Both the position numbers and the translations under genes were made by a program. Shown here in pieces: positions 36,225 through 47,456 of a DNA stretch of 64,000 nucleotides. Location: positions 2,204 through 66,203 of the forward strand of contig JACORW010000101.1 in the NCBI GenBank assembly GCA_016179185.1, read 5' to 3'. The stretch is from Gammaproteobacteria bacterium (GTDB lineage: Bacteria > Pseudomonadota > Gammaproteobacteria > Eutrophobiales > Eutrophobiaceae). Each line of letters starts with the position of its first letter. The stretch's first letter is position 1. The notes under the pieces are model-generated. The model worked only from the letters and a program-made list of their open reading frames with translations. It did no database searches and was not told the DNA's origin.

Positions 36225-37187
36225 TTGACCGGGGATCCATCGCTTCGCGCGGTTTCCCTCGCGGACATCCAGGCAGCGGCCGCGCGCATTGCGCCCTTCG
36301 TGCACCGCACGCCGGTGCTCACCTGCGCCGCGCTCGACGCGATGACCGGCGGGCACCTGTACTTCAAATGCGAGAACTTCCAGAAGGCGGGCGCGTTCAA
36401 GATGCGCGGCGCCGCCAACGCAGTGGCGCAACTGGATGATGCGTCAAGGCTCCGCGGCGTGGCCACGCATTCCTCCGGCAATCACGGCGCAGCGCTGGCC
36501 CTCGCCGCCCGGCTGATGGGCGTCAAGGCCCATGTCGTGATGCCGGCCAACGCGCCGCAGGTAAAAAAGCAGGCCGTGGCCGGATATGGCGCCGAGATCA
36601 CCTGGTGCGAGCCGGCGCTGGATTCGCGCGAAAAACATCTTGACAGCGTGGTGAAACGCACCGGCGCCGCGATCATTCATCCCTACAATGACGATCGCAT
36701 CATCGCGGGCCAGGGCACGGCGGCGCTGGAGCTGTTTCAGCAGATACCGGATCTCGACCTGCTCGTCACGCCGGTGGGCGGCGGCGGGCTGATCAGCGGT
36801 TGCGCCATTGCCGCAAAAAGCCTGCGCCCTTCGGTTCGCGTCATCGGCGTGGAACCCGAGGGAGCCGACGACGCGCGCCGATCCCTTGCGGCCGGCGCGC
36901 TGCTTCCTGCAGCCGCACCGGCGAGCATCGCCGACGGTCTGCTGGCGCCCCTTGGTCCCAGGACCTTCGCCGTGATCCGGCATTTCGTGGATGAGATTGT
37001 CGCGGTCAGCGATGCCGCCATCGTTCGGGCCATGCGCATCGTGTGGGAGCGCATGAAGGTCATCATTGAACCCTCGGCGGCGGTGACAGTGGCGGCGATC
37101 CTGGAGGACAGGATAGACACACGCAATCGGCGTTGTGGCATCATCCTGTCCGGAGGCAACGTGGACCTGGACCGATTGGCCTGGTGA
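36225..37187 (+). CDS. PLP-dependent serine/threonine dehydratase family enzyme (TdcB/serine-racemase-like)
   Basis: PLP-lysine motif FKCENFQKAGAFKMRGA and the glycine-rich loop SSGNHG. Collinear with catabolic threonine dehydratases. Start assigned to the TTG at 36225. The ORF-track extension (MWGRLSAGR...) is a REP translation. Confidence 0.75.
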   Translation: MTGDPSLRAVSLADIQAAAARIAPFVHRTPVLTCAALDAMTGGHLYFKCENFQKAGAFKMRGAANAVAQLDDASRLRGVATHSSGNHGAALALAARLMGVKAHVVMPANAPQVKKQAVAGYGAEITWCEPALDSREKHLDSVVKRTGAAIIHPYNDDRIIAGQGTAALELFQQIPDLDLLVTPVGGGGLISGCAIAAKSLRPSVRVIGVEPEGADDARRSLAAGALLPAAAPASIADGLLAPLGPRTFAVIRHFVDEIVAVSDAAIVRAMRIVWERMKVIIEPSAAVTVAAILEDRIDTRNRRCGIILSGGNVDLDRLAW

Positions 37188-37200
37188 GTGAACTTTTCAC

Positions 37201-38382
37201 TTAGTCAACCCGACACACCAGCCCTTTCAGATACCGCCCCTCCGGAAAGGACGTCGCCACCGGATGATCCGCAGCCTGTGACAGCCAGCGGATGATTCGC
37301 ACGTTTCGGCCCGAGTCCACCGCGGCGTCGGCCACTATCTTCTGAAACAGATCCGGCGTGACGTGCCCCGAACACGAAAACGTGATCAGCACCCCGCCGG
37401 GGCGCAGCAGTTTCAACGCCAGCAGGTTGATGTCCTTGTAGGCGCGCCCGCCCTTGATGAGTTGTGCGGCATTCGCCACGAATTTCGGCGGATCGAGCAC
37501 CGCCAGATCAAAAGCGCGGCGGCTGTCACGAAACGTACGCAATTGCCCGGCCACATCGGCGCATAACGGCTCGGAGCCGGACAGGTCAAATCCGTTCAAC
37601 TGTACATGTTTCGCGATCCGGTCCAGCGCCGCCTGGGAAGACTCGATGCTGGTGACCCGCGCGGCGCCGCCGCGCAACGCCGCCACGGTGAATGCGCCGG
37701 TATAGGCGAATCCGTTCAGGACCTCGCGCCCGCGGCTGAATTCAGCGACCACCGGCAGATTTTCGGACTGGTCGAGGTACAGTCCGGTCTTGTGCCCCGC
37801 GCGCAGGTCGGCAATGAATCGCTGGCCGGCGACCAGCACGGTCAGATCCTCCGGCGGCGCATTGCCCCACAGCAATCCGGTGCGCATTTCCAGCCCCTCT
37901 TTGCGGCGCACGTCCACGTCGGAGCGTTCCCAGATCCCGGCGGGTTCGCAGTGCTGTACCAGCGCGGACACGATCGCATCGCGCCAGCGCTCGACACCCG
38001 CAGCAAGAAACTGGCACACGAGATACCGGCCGTACTGATCGACGATGAACCCCGGCAGTCCATCCGATTCGCCATTGACCAGGCGCCGCGCGCTATCCGG
38101 TTCCGGCGCTGTCCCGCGCCGCGCGACGGCGGCGCGGATCCGCTCGCCGAAAAACTCCGCATCAATCGCGGTATCCGGCGCAAAGCTCCACACCCGGATC
38201 GCGATCTGGGATTTGGGCGAGAAGGCGCCCAGCGCCAGCGTCGCGCCCGATTCGCCGGTCACGATGACCGTGGTGCCGGGTTCGAGCCCCGCCGGGAGTT
38301 TCTGCAGGGCGCCGGAGAACACCCACGGGTGCCGCGACTTCAATGAACTGTCACGGCCCGGCTTCAGGCGAACGGATATCAT
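37201..38382 (-). CDS. rlmI: 23S rRNA (cytosine1962-C5)-methyltransferase RlmI-like class I SAM-dependent methyltransferase
   Basis: N-terminal PUA-like domain (MISVRLKPGRDSSLKSRHPWVF) and a C-terminal Rossmann MTase (LNGFAYTGAFTV, VLDPPKF). Confidence 0.7.
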   Translation of the reverse strand: MISVRLKPGRDSSLKSRHPWVFSGALQKLPAGLEPGTTVIVTGESGATLALGAFSPKSQIAIRVWSFAPDTAIDAEFFGERIRAAVARRGTAPEPDSARRLVNGESDGLPGFIVDQYGRYLVCQFLAAGVERWRDAIVSALVQHCEPAGIWERSDVDVRRKEGLEMRTGLLWGNAPPEDLTVLVAGQRFIADLRAGHKTGLYLDQSENLPVVAEFSRGREVLNGFAYTGAFTVAALRGGAARVTSIESSQAALDRIAKHVQLNGFDLSGSEPLCADVAGQLRTFRDSRRAFDLAVLDPPKFVANAAQLIKGGRAYKDINLLALKLLRPGGVLITFSCSGHVTPDLFQKIVADAAVDSGRNVRIIRWLSQAADHPVATSFPEGRYLKGLVCRVD

Positions 38383-38469
38383 GCAATTGCACCATTGTAT
38401 TCACGGCGTGTTGCCAACATGGGATCAGACCACCCGCTTAGTACTTGTAGCATATTACCGGGCAGGTAC

Positions 38470-40389
38470 TTACTTCCCGTGCTTGTGGCCGATCAGAAAT
38501 TCCCGGACGCGCTGCAAGTCCCGGACAAGTTCCATTTCCGGCAGGCTGCGCAGGAAGACCTTGCCGTAGGGACGCGACAGCAGACGCGGGTCGCAGATCA
38601 TCAACACTCCGTAATCCTGTTCATCGCGGATCAGCCGGCCGATGCCCTGGCGCAGACCGATCACCGCTTCCGGCAACTGATACTCCATGAAAGGATTGCG
38701 CCCCTCCTCCTCGAGTTTCTGAAGGCGCGCCTGCAGCACCGGGTCATCGGGTGTGGCGAACGGCAGCTTGTCAATGATGACACAGCTCAGCGACTGGCCG
38801 CGGACGTCCACGCCCTCCCAGAAACTGCCGGTCCCGAGCAGCACGGCATTGCCGGCGCCCCGGAACCGCTCCAGCAGCTCGGTCCGCGGCGCGTCTCCCT
38901 GGACCAGCACCGGAAACGCGGAAGACGCGCGCACCAGCGGCGCGGCGAGCCACAACGCGCGGTAACTCGTGAACAGGAGAAACGCGCGGCCGCCGGTGAG
39001 TGCAAGCAACGGCAGCACGGCGTCAATGACCCGCTCCGTATAACCCTCGGCGCGCGGATCCGGCAGACCCGCGGGGATGTACAACAGCGACTGGTGCCGG
39101 AACTCGAACGGACTCGGCCAACTGCGCGCCGGCACCTGTTGCAGTCCGAGCCGTCCGGCAAAGTGCGAGAAATCTCCGCTGACGCTCAAGGTCGCCGAGG
39201 TGAAAATGCACGGATGCACCTCCGGGTCAAGCCCCTGCCGGAACGGTTCGGCCACGTCCAGCGGTGTCTGGTGCAGCAGAAAACCGCGGCCGCGCAATTC
39301 CAGCCACTGCACCGATGTGCCGTCGGGCCGATCCTGGAACGCCGCGATCAGCGACACCAGCTCGGTCAGGCGGCGAAAACAGTTGTCCAGCAGGCGGCCG
39401 CGGGCGGCGAAATTCTCCAGCACCTCGCGCACCGCCTCGGCGGTGGAAAGCAGCGTGTCCAACGCAGCCTTGATCGGCGCCGCATCGCGAAGCTCGCGCC
39501 AGCCACGGCTGCCCTCCCCGGTACCCAGCGCCAGCCGCAGCCCGCGCAACGCCGTGTCCACCGCATCCAGCCGTTGGAGGAATTCGGGCAGGTCCGCCGC
39601 CTCCTTCAGGTACGCGGCGCGCGCGTCGTGGAGGCAATCGAACCATTGGTGACTGGTGACCGAACGGGTGAAGAACTGCGAGGCCAACTCCGGCAATTGA
39701 TGCGCTTCATCGAAAATCGCCACATCGAAATCGGGTAACAGCTCTCCGTGCCCGCGCCCGCGCAGACCGAGATCGGACAGGAACAGATGATGATTGACGA
39801 CGGCGACATCGGCCTCCTGGGCACGCTTGCGCGCCTTGAAGACGAAACACTCGTCGAAATGCGCGCATGCCTGCCCGAGACAGTTCTCCGCCGTGGACGT
39901 GACCAGGCCGCGCAGACTGCTTTCCTCAGGCAATTCGGGAAAGCCGGCCAGGTCCCCGTCCACCGTGCGGCTGCCCCACGCACGGATGCCTGCCAGCAGC
40001 CCCAGCGCGGATCGATCCAGTTCGGCGCCCTGCTGTTCCGCCAGGTGCATGCGCAGCAGGCAGAGATAGTTGGCGCGCCCCTTCAACAGCGCGGCAGTTG
40101 CGGAGAGCTTCAATGCCTTTGCGACCCGGGGCAGATCGCGCTCAAACAACTGGTCCTGAAGATTGCGCGTGCCGGTGGAGATGATCACCTTGCGACGGGA
40201 CAGCAACGCCGGGACCAGGTAGGCCAGCGTCTTGCCGGTGCCGGTGCCGGCCTCGCAGATGAGGGATTCACCGGCTTCGATGGTCGCGGCGATGGCCTCG
40301 GCCATCTCCAACTGCTGCGGCCGCGCCACATAGCCGTCCACCCATTTCGCCAGCGGCCCCCTGGCCGCCAGCACGCTGCGCGGTGTCAT
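38470..40389 (-). CDS. dinG: DinG/Rad3-family ATP-dependent DNA helicase
   Basis: Walker A EAGTGTGKTLAYLVP, DEAH box (VIFDEAHQL) and C-terminal helicase motifs. Start MTPRS at 40389 overlaps the epmA stop (ATGA). Confidence 0.8.
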   Translation of the reverse strand: MTPRSVLAARGPLAKWVDGYVARPQQLEMAEAIAATIEAGESLICEAGTGTGKTLAYLVPALLSRRKVIISTGTRNLQDQLFERDLPRVAKALKLSATAALLKGRANYLCLLRMHLAEQQGAELDRSALGLLAGIRAWGSRTVDGDLAGFPELPEESSLRGLVTSTAENCLGQACAHFDECFVFKARKRAQEADVAVVNHHLFLSDLGLRGRGHGELLPDFDVAIFDEAHQLPELASQFFTRSVTSHQWFDCLHDARAAYLKEAADLPEFLQRLDAVDTALRGLRLALGTGEGSRGWRELRDAAPIKAALDTLLSTAEAVREVLENFAARGRLLDNCFRRLTELVSLIAAFQDRPDGTSVQWLELRGRGFLLHQTPLDVAEPFRQGLDPEVHPCIFTSATLSVSGDFSHFAGRLGLQQVPARSWPSPFEFRHQSLLYIPAGLPDPRAEGYTERVIDAVLPLLALTGGRAFLLFTSYRALWLAAPLVRASSAFPVLVQGDAPRTELLERFRGAGNAVLLGTGSFWEGVDVRGQSLSCVIIDKLPFATPDDPVLQARLQKLEEEGRNPFMEYQLPEAVIGLRQGIGRLIRDEQDYGVLMICDPRLLSRPYGKVFLRSLPEMELVRDLQRVREFLIGHKHGK

Positions 40390-41369
40390 CACGCCCGATC
40401 GAAAGGAAAGGCGAGCACCTGATCCAGGCGTTCCGCCCCGCACAGCGTCATCAGCAACCGGTCCACGCCGAGCGCGACGCCGGCGCATTCCGGCAACCCG
40501 TGGGCCAAGGCCTGCAACAGATGCTCTTCCATGGGCAACACCGGAAAATTCACGCTGCGGCGCCGCTGATTGTCGCGCTCGAATCGCCGGCGCTGCTCGG
40601 CGGCATCGGTCAGTTCATGGAATCCGTTCGCAATCTCAACGCCGTTGATGAACAGTTCGAACCGCTCCGCAACCGGTGGCTTCCCCGGACGCACACGCGC
40701 CAGCGCCGCCTGGTGCACGGGATAATCATGAACGAACATCGCGCCGCCGCGGCCAAGCGCAGGCGCCACCAGTTCGCTGAACAGAAAATCCAGCAGCGCC
40801 GCATCGTCCGCGGGCTCCGAGATGAAACCCAGCGCGGCGGCGCGGCGCACCAGACAATCCGTGTCCGCGCTGTGCGGATCCAGACCGACCCGGTCCATGA
40901 ATGCCTGCCCGTAGGCGATGCGCCCGGCCTTCGCTATCCCGAGGCTTTGCAGCAACGCGTTTACTTCGTCCATGAGCCGGTGATGTTCGAATCCCGGCCG
41001 ATACCATTCCAGCATTGTGAACTCGGGATTGTGCACACGGCCGGTCTCGTGGTCGCGAAATACCCGGCAGATCTGGAAAATCGGACCGCTGCCCGATGCC
41101 AGGAGGCGTTTCATCGCAAATTCCGGCGAACTGTGCAGGTACCGGCGCACGGTCCGGTTGTCGCCGGGGTGCTGCACGGACAGCGTCAGGCTGTGGATGT
41201 TCGGGTCCGTCGCCGCCGCGCCTCCCAGATACGGCGTTTCCACTTCCAGCACGCCGCGCTCCGCCATGAAGGATCGGATCTGGCGCAACAAGAGCGCGCG
41301 CCGCTCCAGCACCTCGCGAGATGCCAGGGGCCGCCAGTTGTCGGAATTCATATCGTGCCTTCCACTCAT
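40389..41369 (-). CDS. epmA: elongation factor P--(R)-beta-lysine ligase EpmA (PoxA/GenX)
   Basis: Collinear with E. coli EpmA (GVLEVETP, HNPEFTMLEWY, ERFELF..GVEIANGFHELTDA.EQ..RFE.DN, GVALGVDRL). Adjacent to efp. Confidence 0.9.
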   Translation of the reverse strand: MSGRHDMNSDNWRPLASREVLERRALLLRQIRSFMAERGVLEVETPYLGGAAATDPNIHSLTLSVQHPGDNRTVRRYLHSSPEFAMKRLLASGSGPIFQICRVFRDHETGRVHNPEFTMLEWYRPGFEHHRLMDEVNALLQSLGIAKAGRIAYGQAFMDRVGLDPHSADTDCLVRRAAALGFISEPADDAALLDFLFSELVAPALGRGGAMFVHDYPVHQAALARVRPGKPPVAERFELFINGVEIANGFHELTDAAEQRRRFERDNQRRRSVNFPVLPMEEHLLQALAHGLPECAGVALGVDRLLMTLCGAERLDQVLAFPFDRA

Positions 41370-41379
41370 ACTTCGGCCG

Positions 41380-41440
41380 GCGTGAAGCCGGCCCCACAGG
41401 AACCGAGGATTTGTGGGGCCGAGTTTATCCCGACCAGGCG
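41380..41440. repeat. REP family 1 pair between epmA and efp
   Basis: ccggccggcgtgaagccggccccacagg ... ttgtggggccgagtttatcccgacc. Confidence 0.85.
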
Positions 41441-41442
41441 CG

Positions 41443-42012
41443 TCAGTCTTTTGCGCGGCTCAGGTATTCGCTCGTACGCGTGTCCACGCGAATGCGTTCG
41501 CCCTCGGACACGAACAGCGGCACCTTGACGACCGCACCGGTTTCCAGCGTCGCGGGCTTGCTGCCGCCGGTCGCGGTGTCACCGCGCACGCCCGGTTCGG
41601 TCTGCGTGATGGTCAGCGTCACGACATTCGGAGCGGCAACCACGAGCGGCACGCCGTCCCATAACGTCACCACGCAGGTCTCTTCACCCTTCAGCCACTG
41701 GGCGGTTGCGCCCATGGCCCGGGCATCCGCCGCCAGTTGCTCGTAGCTTTTCGGATTCATGAAGTGCCACAGATCGCCGTCGTTGTACAGATATTGCAGC
41801 GCCACGTCCATGACGTCCGCGCCGTCCACCGTGTCGCCGGATTTGAACGTGCGCTCCAGCACCCGGCCGGTCTTCAGGTTGCGCAACTTGACGCGATTGA
41901 ACGCCTGCCCCTTGCCGGGCTTGACGAACTCGTTCTCCAGGATCGAACAGGGATCGTTCTCAAGCATGATCTTGAGCCCGGTCCTGAATTCATTGGTGCT
42001 GTAGACGGACAT
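41443..42012 (-). CDS. efp: elongation factor P
   Basis: [15 protein letters not shown]...[19 protein letters not shown]. The acceptor Lys lies in the KPGKGQA loop. 189 aa. Confidence 0.95.
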   Translation of the reverse strand: MSVYSTNEFRTGLKIMLENDPCSILENEFVKPGKGQAFNRVKLRNLKTGRVLERTFKSGDTVDGADVMDVALQYLYNDGDLWHFMNPKSYEQLAADARAMGATAQWLKGEETCVVTLWDGVPLVVAAPNVVTLTITQTEPGVRGDTATGGSKPATLETGAVVKVPLFVSEGERIRVDTRTSEYLSRAKD

Positions 42013-42086
42013 GACATTACCCGCGGGATGCTGAAGGCGCGCCATCATACCGGTATTCACCGGCCATTCGTACTGGCACGGCTCTT

Positions 42087-44363
42087 TCAAGCCGCCGGTT
42101 CCGGCGCCGGCGCGCGTTCCACGTTGAGCCGCGACACTTGCCGGAATCCGCGCGGCAGCATGCAGCCGCGACGGCCGCGCTCGCCGCGATAGGGATCCAG
42201 GTCACGCGGTTTCAGACTCAGCGTGCGCTTGCCCGACACCATGACCAGCGTATCTTCCGGACCGAGCATGACCATGCCGGTGACAAACTCTTCCCGGGTT
42301 CTCAGTTTGGCGCCGGGTATCTGAATGATTTTAAGGCCCTTGCCCCTGGCCAGCCGCGGCAACTGCTGCGCCGGTGTCACCAACAGGCGGCCGATGGAAC
42401 TGACCGCAGCCACGCATTCCTGCCCCGGGTCCCGGGCCTCGGCCGGCGCCAGCACGCGCGCGTCCTTCGGCACGCTCAACACCACCTTGCCGTTGCGGTT
42501 CTTCGCGTACAGGTCCTCCAGCTTCGCCAGGAATCCGTAGCCGGCATCCGTGCCCAGCAGGAACAGCGACTCCGGCGCGCCGATCATCACGCCTTCGAAC
42601 GTGGCGCCGTCCGGCGGCGTCACACGGCTGGAAATGGGCTCGCCCAGGCCGCGAGCCGACGGGAGCGAATGAGCGGGAATGGAATAGCTGCGGCCGGTGG
42701 AGTCCAGAAACACCGCAAGCTGGTTGCTGCGACCCCGCCCTGCCTGGCGGAAACCATCGCCGGCCCGATACCCAAGCGATTCGGGGTCTATTTCATGACC
42801 CTTGGCGGCGCGGATCCAGCCCTTTTCCGACAGCACCACCGTGATGGGCTCGGTCGGCACGAGTTCAGCCACATCAATCTGTTTCGCTTCCTCGCGCTCC
42901 ACCAGCGGCGAACGGCGGGCATCTCCGTACGCTTCGGCATCAGCCTGGATCTCGCGCTTCACCAGCGTCTTCATGCGCTGCCGCGAGCCCAGCAATTGCA
43001 CCAACTCGCCGCGTTCCTTCTTCAGCGCCTTGAGGTCCGCCTGGATCTTCATCTCCTCCAACTTCGCCAGTTTGCGCAGCTTGAGTTCCAGGATCGCCTC
43101 CGCCTGAACATCCGAGAGCCTGAAGCGCTTCATCAGCACGGGTTTCGGTTCGTCCTCGCGCCGGATGATGGCGATGACCTCGTCCAGGTGCAGGTAAGCA
43201 ATGAGCAGCCCCTCAAACACGTGGATCTCAGCCTCCACCTTGCCGAGACGGTGTTCGAGACGGCGTTTCACCGTCTCCAGCCGGTACTCGATCCATTCCT
43301 TGAGAATGGTGCGCAGGTTCTTGACCTGGGGCCGGCCATCGGTCCCGATCATGTTCAGGTTCGCGCGATAACTGCGCTCGAGATCCGTGGTCGCGAACAG
43401 GTGCGACATCATCTCGTCCAGGTCCACGCGGCTGCTGCGCGGCACGAGCACGAGGCGCGTCGGGTCCTCATGATCGGATTCATCGCGCACGTCCTCCAGC
43501 ATCGGCAGCTTCTTCGCCTGCATCTGTTCGGCGATCTGCTCCAGTACCCGGCTGCCGGAGGTCTGGTACGGCAGCGCGGTAATCACGACGTTGCCTTCCT
43601 CCGTCTCCCAGCGCGCGCGCATGCGCACGGAACCGCTGCCGGTCTCGTACATGCTGACAATCTCCCTGCGCGGCGTGATGATCTCCGCGGCGGTGGGGAA
43701 ATCCGGACCGCGCACGCAATCGCACAGTTCGCGCAGGGTAGTACCCGGCGCATCCAGCAGCGCAACGCAGGCATCCGCGACTTCGCGCAGGTTGTGCGGC
43801 GGAATATCGGTGGCCATGCCGACCGCGATCCCGGTGGCGCCGTTCAGCAGCACGTTGGGCAGCCGCGCGGGCAGAAGGCGCGGCTCGGTCAGCGTGCCGT
43901 CGAAGTTCGGCGCCCAGTCCACGGTACCCTGCCCGAGTTCCGCCAGCAGCAGGTCCGCATACGGCCGCAGTTTCGATTCGGTGTAACGCATCGCGGCGAA
44001 CGACTTCGGATCGTCCATGGAGCCGAAATTTCCCTGCCCGTCAATGAGCGGATAGCGGTAGCTGAACTCCTGCGCCATCAGCACCATGGCCTCGTAGCAG
44101 GCGGAATCCCCGTGCGGATGGAATTTGCCGATCACGTCACCGACGGTGCGCGCAGATTTCTTGTACTTCGCGGCCGCCTTGAGTCCCAGCTCCGACATGG
44201 CGTAGACGATGCGGCGCTGCACCGGCTTCAGGCCGTCGGCGATGTGCGGCAGCGCCCGGTCGAGGATCACGTACATGGAATAGTCCAGGTACGCTTTCTC
44301 GGTGAATTCATGCAGCGGCCGGCTTTCCAGCCGCTCGAAATCGAAGGTCAGGTTGTCGGCCAT
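42087..44363 (-). CDS. parC: DNA topoisomerase IV subunit A
   Basis: N-terminus collinear with E. coli ParC ([45 protein letters not shown]), including the active-site Tyr region. About 758 aa (ParC-sized, shorter than GyrA). Confidence 0.9.
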   Translation of the reverse strand: MADNLTFDFERLESRPLHEFTEKAYLDYSMYVILDRALPHIADGLKPVQRRIVYAMSELGLKAAAKYKKSARTVGDVIGKFHPHGDSACYEAMVLMAQEFSYRYPLIDGQGNFGSMDDPKSFAAMRYTESKLRPYADLLLAELGQGTVDWAPNFDGTLTEPRLLPARLPNVLLNGATGIAVGMATDIPPHNLREVADACVALLDAPGTTLRELCDCVRGPDFPTAAEIITPRREIVSMYETGSGSVRMRARWETEEGNVVITALPYQTSGSRVLEQIAEQMQAKKLPMLEDVRDESDHEDPTRLVLVPRSSRVDLDEMMSHLFATTDLERSYRANLNMIGTDGRPQVKNLRTILKEWIEYRLETVKRRLEHRLGKVEAEIHVFEGLLIAYLHLDEVIAIIRREDEPKPVLMKRFRLSDVQAEAILELKLRKLAKLEEMKIQADLKALKKERGELVQLLGSRQRMKTLVKREIQADAEAYGDARRSPLVEREEAKQIDVAELVPTEPITVVLSEKGWIRAAKGHEIDPESLGYRAGDGFRQAGRGRSNQLAVFLDSTGRSYSIPAHSLPSARGLGEPISSRVTPPDGATFEGVMIGAPESLFLLGTDAGYGFLAKLEDLYAKNRNGKVVLSVPKDARVLAPAEARDPGQECVAAVSSIGRLLVTPAQQLPRLARGKGLKIIQIPGAKLRTREEFVTGMVMLGPEDTLVMVSGKRTLSLKPRDLDPYRGERGRRGCMLPRGFRQVSRLNVERAPAPEPAA

Positions 44364-44399
44364 ATCGGTTGATCCGCAAGTCGGGTGGTGATGACGCAT

Positions 44400-44460
44400 T
44401 ATAATTGGCGCTGGTGGCTTGTGGCTGGTGGCTGGTGGCTGGTGGCTGGGGCTCGAGCTG
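44400..44460. repeat. heptamer tandem repeat (GGTGGCT/GGCTTGT)n, family 3
   Basis: ggcgctggtggcttgtggctggtggctggtggctggtggctggggctcgagctgg in the parC upstream region. Confidence 0.8.
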
Positions 44461-44557
44461 GTAAGGACAGCCCGACAAAATCGGTGCCGCGTCACCGGTT
44501 TTTGCCTGACGCCGCGTCAGCGATTACGATGCGCGAAGAATTTTATGGAGATGGATC

Positions 44558-46300
44558 ATGAGTTCGATGACCGCCAGAGTGAAATTGCGTTTCACAGGTA
44601 TTGCGCTGGCACTGGCCCTGTTTTGGACGCCGGCCGTTGCGTCCGTCGCCAACGGTGACTGGGACCGGTTTGTTTCCGATTACGTCGAGGCCACGTTCAA
44701 GGCGCAGCCGTACTTCGCGGTGCAGGCCGGACGCCATGAATTCGACGGACGCATGCCGGACTGGAGCAAGTCGGGGATCGAGACCGAGATCGCGCGACTG
44801 CGACAGGCGCGCAGTGCTGCGGCTGCATTCGCTGCAGCGACGCTTTCTTCCGCGCAGCAATTCGAGCGCGATTACCTCGTTGCGACGATGGACAACAGCC
44901 TGTTCTGGCTGGCGAAGGCGGGATTTCCGTTCCGCAACCCGGCCTGGTATGTGAATCAGCTCGATCCGGAGGTCTATTTGTCGCGGGAGTACGCGCCGCT
45001 GGCGCAGCGCCTGCCCGGATACCTTGGGTATGCAAAGGCCATCCCCGGCATTGCCGCAAATATCCGCGCCAATCTGCGCACGCCGCTGCCGAAAAGTTAC
45101 GTGGAATACGGCATCGCCGCGTTCGGCGGGTTCGCGGAATTTTACCGCAATGATGTGCCGAAGGTCTTTGCCGGCATCGCCAACCCGCCATTGCAGAAGG
45201 AACTGGCTGCTGCGAATGCAGCCGCCGCCGACGCCATGGGAGAACTGAAGGACTGGTTCGTCTCCCAGCGCGCCGCGGCGAATGACGATTTTGTGCTGGG
45301 CCCCGACTTGTATGCAGCCATGGTCCGGGACACCGAGAGAGTAGACATGACCATTGCGCAACTGGAAGCCGCCGGCCGCGCCGATCTGGAACGCAATACC
45401 GCCGCATTGAAAAAAGCCTGCACCGAACTCGCGCCGGGAAGCTCCCTGCGCGAGTGCGTCGGCAGAGTGCAGGATCGGAAACCGGCCAGGGGACCCGTGG
45501 CAGAGGCGCGCGTCCAACTGGTCAGCCTGCGGAAGTTCATTGACGAGAAAGGCATCGTTTCGGTGCCGGGCACGGACATCGCGCTGGTTCAGGAATCGCC
45601 TCCGTACAACCGCCAGAATTCCGCCTACATCACCATTGCGGGCCCCTTTGAAACCGGCGTCGCGTCGGTCTACAACATCTCTCCCCCGGATCCGGCCTGG
45701 ACTCCCGAAGAACAGGCTGCCTACATTGACGGCGAGGCGGAACTGCTGAACACGTCCGTACACGAGGTGTGGCCGGGGCACTTTCTGCAATTCGTGCATT
45801 CCAATCGCAGCAAGTCCGTCGTCGGGCGGCTATGGGTGGGTTATGCGTTCGCCGAGGGCTGGGCGCATTACACCGAGGAACTGATGTGGGAGATGGGGCT
45901 CGGCAACGGAAATCCGGAGAACCATATCGCGCAATTGCTGGACGCGCTGTGGCGCAATGTGCGGCTGCTGTCGTCCATCGGCCTGCACACCCAGGGCATG
46001 ACCACCGACACCTCGGAGAAGATGTTCCAGGAATTTGCGTTCAGCGATGCGGGCAATGCGCGGCAGCAGGCCCGCCGGGGAACCTACGACCCGGCATATC
46101 TCAACTACACGCTGGGCAAGCTGATGATCCGGAAACTGCGCGATGACTGGGTGGCGCGGCAGATGGCAGGCAAACCGGGTGCCGATCCGAAGTCATTCTG
46201 GCGTGCGTTTCATGACCAGTTCCTGTCCTGGGGCGGCCCGCCGATCCCGCTGGCGCGCCGGGCGATGCTGGGCGATGAGGACCAAGGGCCGTTGCTTTAA
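44558..46300 (+). CDS. DUF885-family secreted protein (putative metallopeptidase-like)
   Basis: Signal peptide MSSMTARVKLRFTGIALALALFWTPAVASVA and the conserved SVHEVWPGHFLQF (HExxPGH) motif of DUF885. Confidence 0.7.
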   Translation: MSSMTARVKLRFTGIALALALFWTPAVASVANGDWDRFVSDYVEATFKAQPYFAVQAGRHEFDGRMPDWSKSGIETEIARLRQARSAAAAFAAATLSSAQQFERDYLVATMDNSLFWLAKAGFPFRNPAWYVNQLDPEVYLSREYAPLAQRLPGYLGYAKAIPGIAANIRANLRTPLPKSYVEYGIAAFGGFAEFYRNDVPKVFAGIANPPLQKELAAANAAAADAMGELKDWFVSQRAAANDDFVLGPDLYAAMVRDTERVDMTIAQLEAAGRADLERNTAALKKACTELAPGSSLRECVGRVQDRKPARGPVAEARVQLVSLRKFIDEKGIVSVPGTDIALVQESPPYNRQNSAYITIAGPFETGVASVYNISPPDPAWTPEEQAAYIDGEAELLNTSVHEVWPGHFLQFVHSNRSKSVVGRLWVGYAFAEGWAHYTEELMWEMGLGNGNPENHIAQLLDALWRNVRLLSSIGLHTQGMTTDTSEKMFQEFAFSDAGNARQQARRGTYDPAYLNYTLGKLMIRKLRDDWVARQMAGKPGADPKSFWRAFHDQFLSWGGPPIPLARRAMLGDEDQGPLL

Positions 46301-46362
46301 TGGGGTCGGAGTGAATTATTTTTGGGCATCGCACCAAATGAATTCACTCCGACCCCATTTTC
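46298..46362. repeat. family 4 palindromic element (~62 bp), left boundary of the AT-rich island
   Basis: taatggggtcggagtgaattatttttgggcatcgcaccaaatgaattcactccgaccccatttt. Confidence 0.9.
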
Positions 46363-46380
46363 CGAAAGTAAGATTTCGAG

Positions 46381-46833
46381 TTGCTGAAATTGAATTCACA
46401 TTTCCGATGCGCGTCGTGTGGGAGGCTTGAGGGTGACCTTTCAGACGGGATGGAAAGCGTCACGTTTCTTGGAATGAAATGGTGTCCAATTTGTGCACGA
46501 ATTGGGAAGGGGCGGGAAGGAAGAAAATTTATTTCTATGCCGAGCCCAGGGCGGATGTATGAAAACACTCGGGACGACCCACTGGCTGCGTGGGAGGATT
46601 GCTTCGAGAAGAGACCTAAGAAGCGGATATTGGTAGAGGATGCCAAGGCAGAAATTCGAAGGGCATTGGATCACTGGAATGGGGATAAGTCTTCCGGCTC
46701 GGCAATGCCTGTGTTCTTTGGATGGTTAAGTCGCCACCGCCCATATTTTCTTACGTTTCGAGGACGTGGAGATACATGGCAAAAGGTGCATAGCTGGCTA
46801 CTACAGTATGAGCGTGAAAAAAGTGGCCGCTGA
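46381..46833 (+). CDS. hypothetical zinc-ribbon protein (CxxC...CxxC), island gene 1
   Basis: CASCGRLEG ... CPICARIG cysteine pairs. AT-rich codon usage, distinct from the flanking genome. Start uncertain. Confidence 0.4.
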   Translation: MLKLNSHFRCASCGRLEGDLSDGMESVTFLGMKWCPICARIGKGREGRKFISMPSPGRMYENTRDDPLAAWEDCFEKRPKKRILVEDAKAEIRRALDHWNGDKSSGSAMPVFFGWLSRHRPYFLTFRGRGDTWQKVHSWLLQYEREKSGR

Positions 46834-46897
46834 TTCGTTGGCTCGTCTAGTCAAAGAATGTGGGGGCAAATTTGACTAACACCGAGAGGGTGCTCGG

Positions 46898-47425
46898 ATG
46901 CGGGTCATACTGATTATTTTTCTAATCTGGGGGCTTTGGGCATCGATCTCAATGGGCGGTTTATACAAGCTCAGGCAAATGAACGCTGAGTTCGACTATC
47001 CAAATAAGAGCGTGCCATTTCTTCTTTCCAAACTCAGTTACTCACAATCAAATGGGTATTGGGATAGTTACCACGTAGAACAGTGCTCCTTATACATGCC
47101 CAATTGGACAAAGGCAGAACGCTGTGTGACAGCACGACTTTCTTGCGAGTATGTTGCTACACAAAAGAAAAACCTATTAAAGGACGGAGAGCATGCAGAT
47201 ATTTTTTCAGACGAGTTTCACTCATGTTGGTTAGAGAATCGTCCGTTATTCGGGCCAGTTGAATGGTTGCGCGCCTCTCGTGGCCTACTAAGGGCTGCCG
47301 TTGTTTTTGGAGTTACGTGGTTGACAGGTGGTTGGGATAAAGAAGGTGAGGAGGCGTTGAAATGGGAGAACAACAACAAAGGCTGGGTAAGACCGTTGAT
47401 CGAGTGGATGGAGAGAGCAGGTTGA
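46898..47425 (+). CDS. hypothetical membrane-anchored protein, island gene 2
   Basis: N-terminal TM (MRVILIIFLIWGLWASISMGGLY). GGATG-preceded start. No known family. Confidence 0.5.
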   Translation: MRVILIIFLIWGLWASISMGGLYKLRQMNAEFDYPNKSVPFLLSKLSYSQSNGYWDSYHVEQCSLYMPNWTKAERCVTARLSCEYVATQKKNLLKDGEHADIFSDEFHSCWLENRPLFGPVEWLRASRGLLRAAVVFGVTWLTGGWDKEGEEALKWENNNKGWVRPLIEWMERAG

Positions 47426-47456
47426 GGTAAGAGTATTAGAGTTCAGGACCACGGAT

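Noticed and set aside
38395-39738. 447-aa plus-strand ORF
   Set aside because: Antisense to the DinG-like helicase gene. Arg/Gln/Ala-rich with no domain signature.
42138-44372. 744-aa plus-strand ORF
   Set aside because: Antisense to parC, which is collinear with E. coli ParC. Antisense GC-rich artifact.
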